DNA from: a virus | Taxonomy: Duplodnaviria > Caudoviricetes | Virus record (IMG/VR): IMGVR_UViG_3300030606_000018 | Location: 1-41,872 of that record | Length of the DNA: 41,872 nucleotides | Reading direction: 5' to 3' (one strand) | Shown here: positions 18,347 to 26,551 of the stretch, one piece after another | Numbering within the stretch: position 1 is the stretch's first letter | Layout: each line of letters opens with the position of its first letter | The notes under the pieces: generated by a model | The model's database searches: none | What the model saw: the letters and a program-made list of their open reading frames with translations, nothing else | What the model was told of the DNA's origin: nothing | Translations under genes and position numbers: made by a program

Positions 18347-19676
18347 CGGCGCCCTCCAGTTCCTTGATGCTGGCCTTCGCCGCATCGACAAGCTTCGCCA
18401 TACGCCTAGGGTTCCCTCGGGCCTTCCGATACTGCTGGACGAGCTTCAAGGACTCGGCGCTGCCCACAGACCGGCTCACCCTCTGCTGGGGTGGGTGCCA
18501 CAGGTGAACGAGGGGCAGCGAGAATCGGACCGCCCGGCCCACGAGGGTGTCGAGGGCTGGCGCCCACGCATCATCTTCGCCGCCCCACCCGACAAACTGC
18601 GGGTCAGGAGGCACGCGCTCAAACGTGGCCCGAGGGAGTACGACGAGGCCGCCGCACGGCCGCCCGAAATAGGGACGCTCGGTGTGCGAAGATGTTGCAC
18701 TCAAGATGTCGTCAAAGGTCTCACCAGCCAGAACCCTCTGCGTCGCCTTGGCCGTCAGGCGGTGGACTTTGCCGTGAGGGACGGCCCACTTGGCCCCGCT
18801 ACGCACCGCCTCGATAGCCGTAGGCAGCGCGTCGCACCAGACGTCTGAGTCTGAAACGACGATGACGTCTCCGAAGCTCTCGCGCACACCGTTAACGATT
18901 GCTCGTGCCCTCGAGAACGGCCCGTCCAGCCCATCAGAGACCCGTACGATCTGCCAGTCCGGGTGCTCGGCCAGACGACCGGACACCCACTCCCAAGCCC
19001 GTAGCCGGTCCGGGTCTGGGTCGCGCCACGGCACGATGACTGAAACCGACTTCCGTCGAGAGGCCCAGACGTGGTGTGCGACTGCGTCCCCGGTCTCGGC
19101 CGGCCGCTGACCTGAGCGGGAGAACTCGCTGTGGTGGTATGGGTAGAACAGGCGAGTCGGAAGCAGCTCGAGCCCACCGTACTTCTGGGCTGTTCGCTGC
19201 AAGTGCAGTTGGCCGTTCGACTTCCACGAGGGCTGCCCTGGCCTGTCAGTCACCGAAGCCGGCATATCGTCTATGGCATGCTTCAAGAGCGGGTGGCCGG
19301 GCACTGACCCGATAACGCCGCTTGCCAGCAAGCCCTCTTTCTCCTCGACTCCGAAGAAGCTCAGGCCGCGCAGATGAGGCTCGAGGGGACCAAGGGCCTC
19401 GAAGTCGGTGTCGACGTAGACACCTCCGTGCCGGTGCAGCACTTCGAGGCGGGCCAGGTTCGACCGGAACCTGTGGACGAGGCGCGAGGGCATGAGGGCA
19501 GGGGCCGCGTCCCACAGCGCCCGGTTCTGAATCCATCCTTCCAGGTCGGTCTCCGACCACTCCTGCATCGTCCAGCCCGGATTGTGCTCGAGCCACGAGG
19601 CGCCGAACGCCCGGAACTCCTCAGGCATCGGGCCGCCGAGCCAAACGCGGTGGAAGGTGCGCGGAATACCCGTCAC
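18339..19676 (-). CDS. Two-domain glycosyltransferase (DXD GT32-like plus GT-A/GT2-like)
   Basis: IPRTFHRVWLG, GGVYVDTD; then VSVIVPWR, SDSD, GWGGEDD, HLWH. Confidence 0.88.
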   Translation of the reverse strand: MTGIPRTFHRVWLGGPMPEEFRAFGASWLEHNPGWTMQEWSETDLEGWIQNRALWDAAPALMPSRLVHRFRSNLARLEVLHRHGGVYVDTDFEALGPLEPHLRGLSFFGVEEKEGLLASGVIGSVPGHPLLKHAIDDMPASVTDRPGQPSWKSNGQLHLQRTAQKYGGLELLPTRLFYPYHHSEFSRSGQRPAETGDAVAHHVWASRRKSVSVIVPWRDPDPDRLRAWEWVSGRLAEHPDWQIVRVSDGLDGPFSRARAIVNGVRESFGDVIVVSDSDVWCDALPTAIEAVRSGAKWAVPHGKVHRLTAKATQRVLAGETFDDILSATSSHTERPYFGRPCGGLVVLPRATFERVPPDPQFVGWGGEDDAWAPALDTLVGRAVRFSLPLVHLWHPPQQRVSRSVGSAESLKLVQQYRKARGNPRRMAKLVDAAKASIKELEGAGA

Positions 19677-21250
19677 CAAGAAACCCCACCGAACGAGATA
19701 CGGTCTCGCCCTATCCGAATGGACTTGCCAGAGGCCTCGTGCCGGCCGAACGAGTAGTCCGGCGCGCGGAGGACAGGCTTGGCCTGCCCCCGTCGCAGCT
19801 TCCGGTCATCAAGCCGGACTGGCCGGATTTGCCAGACCAGGTAGCCCAGCCCGTCCGAGACGTGTGTCAGGAAGTAGGCCGGGTCATCCATGTTCTTCGT
19901 CTTGAGGATTCCGCCCTTCCCGTCGGACTGGACCTCCTCCAGGTCGCGAATTACGTGCGTGCAGTGCTTGGCGACGCGCAGAGAGACGAGGCCGCCCGGC
20001 CCGAGCAGAGCGACGTTCACCGCTGCGACGCGGTCGTGGACAAACGGGTTGCTCGAGGGGACATAGGTCTCGACCGGAGCCGGATACCCGACCAGCTCGT
20101 TCAGGATCGTGTCGTAGTCGGTCCGGCTCGTCTGGGCGTTCCGGGCTGAGCTGGTAGCGTCTCCATAGATTCGGAGCGGCGCGGCGTGCGTCGGGTACTT
20201 ACGACGGAACGCTTGCATGAGCTGGGGGAGAGTCGCCCCGGACTCGTAGTTCAGGAAGATCTCGTCTCGTACGAGAATTGTCCCGTCCGGGGCTTCTTGG
20301 CAGATGACGGCCGTCATGGGCCGGACGTTGACGTCGAAGGCGAAGAGGAGCGGCCTGTTCCGGTCGGCCTCTCGGGCAATGTTCGGGTCGACGTGGATGC
20401 GCGCGTTGAAGGCGTGGTACAGGGGAGTCGCCGCGAAGGCCCGAGGGACTAGCTTCCCCTCGATGCGAACCTGATAGTCGACTGAGGTAGGCGGATAGAT
20501 GGCGCGAAGCTGCTCGATCGCCTCCCTAGACAAGTGTGGGTTGTCGACCATCGAGGCCGTGAACATGTCCACGTCGGGCAGCTCGCCCCGCTGGCTGGGC
20601 TTGATGACCTGGTCGAAGAGCCAGTTCGTCGACACGGTCATGCCGGGCGGCGGCAGGAGCGTCGCGGCCATGCGGATGAACAGCCGCTTCTGGCCGCCCG
20701 AGAGACGGGCCGCGCCCTCACGGAAGACGGCCAGGGGCGGGCACTCATCGTAGGCGATCAAGTCTAGGGCGCCGCCCTGGGCCTTCTCGCGGCCCGCGTC
20801 GCACGAGATGTGCGCCAAGACCGAGCCGTTCTTCAGGATCAAGACCTGCTTCTTCTTGTCGAAGTGCTCGATCTCGGACTCGGGGATGAACGCCTCGATG
20901 CCTGCCCCGAGCCCGTTGTCGAACAGGTAAGGCTGAATCGTCTGCTCCATCAGCCCGTGCGACAGGCCCACGAGCCAGACGCGCGTGGGCTTGTACGTGG
21001 GCTCTAGGCGGCCCGAGTAGATGTCCAGCGGGTTCAGTCGACCGAACCGGAGCATCGAGGCGATCTGGGCGGCCAGGACCATCGACTTTCCTGTCCGGTT
21101 CGCCCCGAACGAGTAGGCCTGTGTCCGGTCGGACTCGAGGAAAGCCCGCTGCTTCTCGGTTGGCCGAAAGTAGGCCAGAGCGTCCGTTTCGCGCCGCGCC
21201 TCGAGAATGCGCGCGGCCTGGGCGGCCTCGAGTAGGTTAGAACCCTCCAA
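19673..21250 (-). CDS. terL: Terminase large subunit
   Basis: Walker A GANRTGKS, Walker B IAYDE, DNPHL, nuclease FDVN..P, YGDA, HVSDGLGY. Confidence 0.93.
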   Translation of the reverse strand: MEGSNLLEAAQAARILEARRETDALAYFRPTEKQRAFLESDRTQAYSFGANRTGKSMVLAAQIASMLRFGRLNPLDIYSGRLEPTYKPTRVWLVGLSHGLMEQTIQPYLFDNGLGAGIEAFIPESEIEHFDKKKQVLILKNGSVLAHISCDAGREKAQGGALDLIAYDECPPLAVFREGAARLSGGQKRLFIRMAATLLPPPGMTVSTNWLFDQVIKPSQRGELPDVDMFTASMVDNPHLSREAIEQLRAIYPPTSVDYQVRIEGKLVPRAFAATPLYHAFNARIHVDPNIAREADRNRPLLFAFDVNVRPMTAVICQEAPDGTILVRDEIFLNYESGATLPQLMQAFRRKYPTHAAPLRIYGDATSSARNAQTSRTDYDTILNELVGYPAPVETYVPSSNPFVHDRVAAVNVALLGPGGLVSLRVAKHCTHVIRDLEEVQSDGKGGILKTKNMDDPAYFLTHVSDGLGYLVWQIRPVRLDDRKLRRGQAKPVLRAPDYSFGRHEASGKSIRIGRDRISFGGVSW

Positions 21251-21446
21251 ACCGCTTCTTCAGGCGCTTCTGCGCCTCGGACTTCTCGGGCATGAAGTCC
21301 TGGTCGGCCGGGTCGCCGGTCAAGTCGGACAGGTCTCGGCCGCCGCGATGCAGCGCCCTCGAGGCCTTGCCGACGGTAGGCTTTTTCCGGTTCGCCGGCC
21401 CGAGGGGGATGAAGCCCTTCCGGGCATAGTCATTCTCGCTCGGCAT
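21237..21446 (-). CDS. Small basic hypothetical protein
   Basis: ATG overlaps previous TAA (TAATG); C-terminal part of ORF 21237..21857. Confidence 0.5.
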   Translation of the reverse strand: MPSENDYARKGFIPLGPANRKKPTVGKASRALHRGGRDLSDLTGDPADQDFMPEKSEAQKRLKKRFGGF

Positions 21447-21658
21447 TATCGGGCCAGGTGCGCGGCAGCCGTAGCCGTCGCGGCGATAGCGAGCGCCTGG
21501 TCGACTTCGCCCGGCACTTCGACGCCGAACGCCCGCGTCGCCGTCACGATGGCCTGTCCGGCCACGGCAATAGCGGTCCGGCGGCCCACGAAGAACGGGA
21601 AGATCGAGTCGACGATCTGGGTCACGAGGGGCAGCACATTCAAGAAACGAAACATCAA
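21446..21658 (-). CDS. Small hydrophobic protein (holin candidate)
   Basis: GAGGAG RBS; hydrophobic segments; dual TTG/ATG start. Confidence 0.5.
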   Translation of the reverse strand: MMFRFLNVLPLVTQIVDSIFPFFVGRRTAIAVAGQAIVTATRAFGVEVPGEVDQALAIAATATAAAHLAR

Positions 21659-21664
21659 TTCTCC

Positions 21665-22174
21665 TCAGTTTGGGGTGACGTCGATAGGACGCGAGGGCTC
21701 GAGGGTCCGGGCAACGCCCAGGACAATCTTGCGTAGGTCGGACTCGGACAGCTTGTTCAGGTCGCGGCCGGCGCCGCCCAGCGTGCGCTGTAGCTCGACG
21801 AGCCGCTCGAACGACTGGACGATCATGGCAGCGCTCGAGGCGAAGGACTTGGAGCACGTAGAGATGGTGGTCAGGAGCTTCTGGGCCTCGGCCAGGTCTA
21901 GGGACTTTTCTCGTGCCGCCTCCTCCAGCTCAGCGCGCAAAAGCTCGATGGCCCGGTCGGCGAGAGGCCTGAGAATGCGCCATGTCGACTGCGCGTCTCG
22001 GGCGTCGACCAGGAGCAGGTCGATCGGGTCGGATAGGGAGGCAATCCGGTCTCCCACAGGAGCGACGGCGCCCTCGGCCGACCCAGGATCGGGGGAGTCG
22101 TGTGGCACGAGGGCGGCCGTCTCCGTGGCACTTGGTGCGCGACGTCTCGCGCGCCTCGAGGAGGGGGCTCCCAC
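21665..22174 (-). CDS. Putative terminase small subunit
   Basis: Helical/coiled-coil protein upstream of terL; no diagnostic motif, start uncertain. Confidence 0.4.
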   Translation of the reverse strand: MGAPSSRRARRRAPSATETAALVPHDSPDPGSAEGAVAPVGDRIASLSDPIDLLLVDARDAQSTWRILRPLADRAIELLRAELEEAAREKSLDLAEAQKLLTTISTCSKSFASSAAMIVQSFERLVELQRTLGGAGRDLNKLSESDLRKIVLGVARTLEPSRPIDVTPN

Positions 22175-22197
22175 AAGGAGATGGACGCGCGGGGCCC

Positions 22198-22566
22198 TTA
22201 CCTCTTGCGGCCGTGCAGAAGTATCGTGATTTGAGCCCCCTCAACGTTGACGAACGAGAAGCGAAGCCAGCGGGGGAGAGTGCGGCCGACGGGGTCAGGT
22301 CCGAAATACCGAGCTGCGGGCACGTCGAAGGCGAGAGGAATCCCGACCTGTACGCCCGCGTCCTGGGGCACGAGGGGATCGTTTGCAGCAAACGTGAGGA
22401 CAGTACCTTCGCCTGAGACCGTGAGGACGACGGACGCCGACTCGAACCTAGAACAGTCGATCCACGCCCCATCGCTCGAGTCGGTCTGCTCGTCGTAGAC
22501 GGCCAGGACTGTGTCGTGCCTGGAGTCATGCAGAATCGTCGCCCACATCAATGTTTGCCCATGCAT
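22198..22566 (-). CDS. Beta-rich hypothetical, possibly virion decoration protein
   Basis: Alternating beta-strand pattern ending LPRWLRF; first late gene. Confidence 0.45.
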   Translation of the reverse strand: MHGQTLMWATILHDSRHDTVLAVYDEQTDSSDGAWIDCSRFESASVVLTVSGEGTVLTFAANDPLVPQDAGVQVGIPLAFDVPAARYFGPDPVGRTLPRWLRFSFVNVEGAQITILLHGRKR

Positions 22567-22733
22567 GGATGGACGATAGAGGGACGCCTGAAATCCAAAA
22601 ACGCTGTTTTGGGCGCCTAGCGTACCTGTACGTGCCTGCGCGGGCGCGGGGTCGGGGCAGCTCCTCCCCCGGGGTCCGGCGCAAGCCCGCGGAATCGTTC
22701 AGGATTCGGCAGGCAGCGTAGCCGCACGGAGGG

Positions 22734-23255
22734 TCAGGCGTCCACCTTCCGGCCCGAGGCTATCTCGCCGGCTGCCCTATTCGAGGCCTGGGCAGCTACA
22801 GCCACGGCTACAGCGACGCCGTAAACATCTGGAATCATTGAGGCTTCACCGGATAGGTTATCCGGTGCTCCTGCCTGTCTTGACCGATCGGCCTGAGCCG
22901 GCGCGCGACGCGAGGCTACGCGCCTACGGCCCTGCCTACTTAAGTTAGCACCTATCGTGAGACGTCGTCGGACCGGCCAAGCCCGAGGGGAACCCAGCAG
23001 CCAGGCAAGTAGCGCGTGTGTGGTCGTAGTCGGTGCGGTGTCGCGCTTCCGGCCGGACCCGCCGTAGCTGATAGGCGCTGCCATGAGCTGCCGCCATCGC
23101 GCCACCGTGTCCCGGCCACGCGGAAGGCCGATGCTGGCCAGCCAGTCTCGTATCGACTGATACCCGACTAGCAGGCGCTCGCGCTCCGGCTGCGTCTCGC
23201 GCAGCGTGGCGAGGATAGATGCCTCGGTGTCAGGAAGCGAGCGAGGCAAGGTCAA
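22734..23255 (-). CDS. Putative HTH DNA-binding protein
   Basis: LVGYQSIRDWL...RGRDTVARW helix-turn-helix-like segment. Confidence 0.4.
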   Translation of the reverse strand: MTLPRSLPDTEASILATLRETQPERERLLVGYQSIRDWLASIGLPRGRDTVARWRQLMAAPISYGGSGRKRDTAPTTTTHALLAWLLGSPRAWPVRRRLTIGANLSRQGRRRVASRRAPAQADRSRQAGAPDNLSGEASMIPDVYGVAVAVAVAAQASNRAAGEIASGRKVDA

Positions 23256-23772
23256 CCGGCCCTGCGTCTAGGTACTCGCCGGCCACTCGGGCCAGGTTTG
23301 GGCAGTCACGGAGAAACGGAAGGATTCGAGCGTTGCACGGATAGGCGCAGATAAGCCCACGCATCGAGCGTCGCACGGCCTCTCGAGCCTCGAGCCCTTC
23401 CTTCATCAGGTCGCGGCACAAATGGTGGGAATGATCGCAGGCGGCCTGTTTTCCCGTGCTGGCCGTGGCGTACCTATTCCGCAGCGGCGCATCACACAGC
23501 ACACAGCGCCCGCCCTGACCACGATAGAGAGACTGCCACTCCTCGGGCGAGAGGCAGGCGTAAGCGGCGCCGGCCATGATGCGGCCCGAGGGAGAGACAC
23601 GCAGCGCGTTCCCTCTCTCGCGGCGCCGAGACTCGGCACCCTTCGGAGTAGCGCGATAGGTCGCCTTGTGGCGAGCGCGGGTAGACACAGGCGGAAGGAC
23701 GCGCGTCCGCAATGCCTTAGCACCTGGGCCCGAGTGTGCCGCATGTGTGCCGGTCCGGCGCGCATTTGACAC
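23230..23772 (-). CDS. Endonuclease VII-like nuclease
   Basis: QGGRCVLC...CDHSH...RGLICAYPCN; start uncertain. Confidence 0.82.
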   Translation of the reverse strand: MSNARRTGTHAAHSGPGAKALRTRVLPPVSTRARHKATYRATPKGAESRRRERGNALRVSPSGRIMAGAAYACLSPEEWQSLYRGQGGRCVLCDAPLRNRYATASTGKQAACDHSHHLCRDLMKEGLEAREAVRRSMRGLICAYPCNARILPFLRDCPNLARVAGEYLDAGPVDLASLAS

Positions 23773-23797
23773 ACTTACTTGACGACGCTCCGCATGT

Positions 23798-23826
23798 TTG
23801 CTAGGGCTGGCTCTGGCATGCAAGAT
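23798..23826 (+). promoter_or_regulatory. Possible rightward early promoter at the divergence point
   Basis: TTGCTA-N17-CAAGAT. Confidence 0.35.
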
Positions 23827-23872
23827 GCTGACAAGCTGGCAGACGCGGCAACCAGCCGCAGGGAGGTTCAAA

Positions 23873-24061
23873 ATGTTGCACGCACTTGGAACAGCCGGAG
23901 GCAATTCGCGCCTGGTCCGTCGTGTCCAGCGCGAGACGAAGGCACAACGGGACTACGATTTGGCTATTGCCGTCGTGTGCGGGGCGCTCGGCGTGTTGGC
24001 TGGGCTGGCAAACCTGCTCGTGCCGGGATCGCTGGACGTGGCGGCGAAGGTGCTGGGATGA
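23873..24061 (+). CDS. Small membrane protein
   Basis: GGGAGG RBS; one TM segment. Confidence 0.55.
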   Translation: MLHALGTAGGNSRLVRRVQRETKAQRDYDLAIAVVCGALGVLAGLANLLVPGSLDVAAKVLG

Positions 24062-24240
24062 CGTACCACGTCGAAACCGAGGCATGCCGAGTCTCCGTGC
24101 CGAGTCTGGCGGAAGCGACGCGAATCGTGCGGGCGCTTTTCGTGGGCACCAAGACGAGGCGCGTCGCGGTCGTGCCGGAGAGCGGCCCGGTCGTCTACAT
24201 CTATGAGCGCGAGGCAAGCAAGCCCGCGCAGGGAGAGTGA
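24058..24240 (+). CDS. Hypothetical protein
   Basis: ATGA overlap with previous gene. Confidence 0.5.
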   Translation: MTYHVETEACRVSVPSLAEATRIVRALFVGTKTRRVAVVPESGPVVYIYEREASKPAQGE

Positions 24241-24241
24241 C

Positions 24242-24547
24242 ATGGCCGAACGAATCACAGTGAAAGACGTGCGGCGCGCCTTCGAGGCGCACGCGAAGGC
24301 GCTGGAGAAGTGTGGAATTCCGTACACTGGCAAGCTCGTGCTGCAAGAGGGCAGCGCCGTGAACGGGCGGGCCTGGCGCCTGTTCCAGCGAGAGGATGAT
24401 AGTGGCGGCCTCCGACGCCCGCCCATCGGGGATGACTTCCTTGGTATGACGGCGCGCGATGCATATGGACGCCTGGTCGAGCGTACCGGGACGATCTACG
24501 ACACGAGGGCCGCGCTCGAAAAGAAAGACGCCGCACCGCTCTACTAG
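24242..24547 (+). CDS. Hypothetical protein
   Basis: GGGAG RBS; protein-like composition. Confidence 0.65.
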   Translation: MAERITVKDVRRAFEAHAKALEKCGIPYTGKLVLQEGSAVNGRAWRLFQREDDSGGLRRPPIGDDFLGMTARDAYGRLVERTGTIYDTRAALEKKDAAPLY

Positions 24548-24550
24548 GCC

Positions 24551-24591
24551 GCAGCGCCGGCCGTTCTCTTCGGGGGACGGCCGAGCGGTGC
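24551..24591 (+). other. Intergenic hairpin with cUUCGg tetraloop
   Basis: CGGCCGTTCTC-TTCG-GGGGACGGCCG. Confidence 0.6.
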
Positions 24592-24623
24592 GCCCTACTT
24601 AACCCGCACCGAGGGAGGCAGAA

Positions 24624-25247
24624 ATGCTTTTGAACAGACACAACCTGTCGATTGTGGCGCTGGCGTCGAAAGATGAGACGCGGCACAGCCTGCAAGGCGT
24701 TCGCGTCACGAAAGACTACACCGAGGCGACGGACGGGTACCGGCTGGCTCGCGTGACGGTGCCGACAGGCAACCCAGCCGAGTTTCCCAACGTGGGAATC
24801 ACTGCCAACGGCTCGATGCCTGCGGTGACGGTGCCTGCGACGGCAGCGAAGGCGTTGGAAAAGGCGCTGCCGAGGCCTGGGCGAAGCCGGCGTCTGCCAA
24901 TCCTGGAAAACGCTCTGGTCGACACGGAGGCAGCCCAGCGCGGCACGTTCCGGGCGATCGCCACGGACCTGGAGACGCAGACGCCCGTTGAAGCGGCGGT
25001 GATCGAAGGGCAGTATCCCGATTCGGACCCGGTGTTTCCGGGCGGGGAACCGCTCGCCACCGTACATATCAACGGGCTCTACCTGGCCGAGTGTGCGAAG
25101 CTGGCAGCGGGCATGACCAATGGACGGAGCCATGGCATCAAGCTCTTGATCTACGACAAAGACGGACTCGCGCCCGTCAAGATCGAGGCGACAAATCCGG
25201 ACACCGGCCAGACCGCGACCTTCCTCATCATGCCGATGCGCCTCTGA
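24624..25247 (+). CDS. DNA polymerase III beta-clamp-like protein (two domains only)
   Basis: ASKDETRHSLQGV, ATDGYRLA, EGQYPD, INGLYL, LIMPMRL match DnaN domains 2-3. Confidence 0.8.
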   Translation: MLLNRHNLSIVALASKDETRHSLQGVRVTKDYTEATDGYRLARVTVPTGNPAEFPNVGITANGSMPAVTVPATAAKALEKALPRPGRSRRLPILENALVDTEAAQRGTFRAIATDLETQTPVEAAVIEGQYPDSDPVFPGGEPLATVHINGLYLAECAKLAAGMTNGRSHGIKLLIYDKDGLAPVKIEATNPDTGQTATFLIMPMRL

Positions 25248-25436
25248 TCGGACGTCGTCGAGCACGGCTCTTAGGATGAGAGCCGCGCACGATGCCTTCC
25301 CAAGTACGAAAGGGGGTCACCATGCTTTAACACGTCACGGAACGCCGCGCCGGATAGCGGCGGGCGGGGCCCGGCCATTCCTCCCGGCCGGGTCTCGCAC
25401 GGCTCTATCCCCACAACCCGAGGAGGCTCACGACCC

Positions 25437-25640
25437 ATGGCCCGATACGAAGTCCTTGTGACCAGAGCGATTGTCCAGGAGGCGACAATCGAGGTTCAGG
25501 CAGGAAGCCTACACCAGGCGCTCCACCGAGGGGCCCGCGTGGCCGACGAGACGCCGGGGCTCAACTGGACTACCGAGCACACCGAGCCTGCCGTGGCAAT
25601 GACGGCCTCGCGGCGGCTCACGGCCGGCCGAGCAGTGTAG
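25437..25640 (+). CDS. Hypothetical protein
   Basis: GAGGAGG RBS; YEVLVTR...IEVQAGS pattern of small phage proteins. Confidence 0.6.
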   Translation: MARYEVLVTRAIVQEATIEVQAGSLHQALHRGARVADETPGLNWTTEHTEPAVAMTASRRLTAGRAV

Positions 25641-25678
25641 GCATGGGCACGCATCATGCTACCCCGGAGGTAGAATCC

Positions 25679-25843
25679 ATGTCACCTAACGTCACACGCG
25701 CCGGCCCCTCGACTGCTGCGTCGGGCCCGCGAGCGGAATTTCCATGTGGCTGTGTCGCTACGAGCCTGCCCGAGGGTTTGGAGGTCCGCGCCTGCTCACG
25801 ACATGCCGTCGTGGTCTACGATACTGAACCGTCAGATTCTTGA
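25679..25843 (+). CDS. Small CxC...CxxH protein
   Basis: GGAGG RBS before ATG 25679. Confidence 0.4.
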   Translation: MSPNVTRAGPSTAASGPRAEFPCGCVATSLPEGLEVRACSRHAVVVYDTEPSDS

Positions 25844-25869
25844 CACAGGCCAGCCCGCGCTGGCACTAT
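25840..25869 (+). promoter_or_regulatory. Promoter of RHH gene with operator-like palindrome in the spacer
   Basis: TTGACA-N18-CACTAT with extended TG; GCCAGC-CCGC-GCTGGC at 25849-25864. Confidence 0.6.
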
Positions 25870-25885
25870 GGCTCACGGAGGAACC

Positions 25886-26164
25886 ATGGCAGCACGACCG
25901 ATGCTTTCGACCAGACTGCCCGACGACCTAATGGCTCGCGTCCGAGCCTACTCAGCGACAAACCGGCTCACGATCCAGGAGTTTGTCGAGGAGGCCATCC
26001 GGGTCAAGATGGACGAGGTAGACCCGAAAGGCCGGTTCAAGGGGGCCGTCGTCACGCGACTGTCTGACGGCGACCGCCTTGACCGCCTCGAGGGGCTGCT
26101 CGAGCGCGTCCTGACCAAGGTGGCTGGGCACGAGGCTGGCCCGCCGAAGCCTCGCCGGAAGTAG
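25886..26164 (+). CDS. Ribbon-helix-helix (Arc/CopG-like) regulator
   Basis: MLSTRLPDDLMARVRAYSATNRLTIQEFVEEAI; GGAGG RBS. Confidence 0.75.
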   Translation: MAARPMLSTRLPDDLMARVRAYSATNRLTIQEFVEEAIRVKMDEVDPKGRFKGAVVTRLSDGDRLDRLEGLLERVLTKVAGHEAGPPKPRRK

Positions 26165-26207
26165 GGGCCTCTCGGCTCACGAAGCCGAAGGCGGGCGCGC
26201 GAGGTAA

Positions 26208-26248
26208 GCAAGCCAGTGCTTGCAATCTGACACCGGCTCACGTACAGT
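26208..26248 (+). promoter_or_regulatory. Operator-overlapped promoter, replication operon
   Basis: GCAAGC-CAGT-GCTTGC overlapping TTGCAA-N17-TACAGT. Confidence 0.75.
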
Positions 26249-26254
26249 CCGAGC

Positions 26255-26551
26255 ATGCCTGACTCGCCCCTCCTGATCCTGCCGCCCGGCCTGACCCGCC
26301 ACAACCGGAGCCGGGTCGATGCCTACACGCTGCCCGTGTCAGCCGCCTACGCCCTGGCGATTCACCTGGGCAAGGCAATGCGGGCAAGCGAGATGGTCCT
26401 GGGCTACGTCGCCATGTACGACGACAATCCGCCGGCCCTGTCAGACGCGGCGCTCGAGCTGAGCCTAAGTCTCGACATGGTGCGAGAGATTCTGGCCGGC
26501 ACCTGTGATGCGCCCGAGGCCTCGGCTCACGGGGAATCGGCCACGTCGTGA
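26255..26551 (+). CDS. Hypothetical protein (probably leaderless)
   Basis: ATG 6 nt after the -10 box; GTGA overlap with primase. Confidence 0.6.
   Translation: MPDSPLLILPPGLTRHNRSRVDAYTLPVSAAYALAIHLGKAMRASEMVLGYVAMYDDNPPALSDAALELSLSLDMVREILAGTCDAPEASAHGESATS

Noticed and set aside
2242-21200. Many long plus-strand ORFs opposite structural genes (e.g. 3844-5088, 8533-9378, 16731-17675)
   Set aside because: Ser/Arg/Pro-rich shadow frames expected from high-GC codon bias; no motifs recognised.
25244-25320. Hammerhead ribozyme
   Set aside because: CTGATCG and CGAAA are present, but the CUGANGA core and three-stem junction are not.
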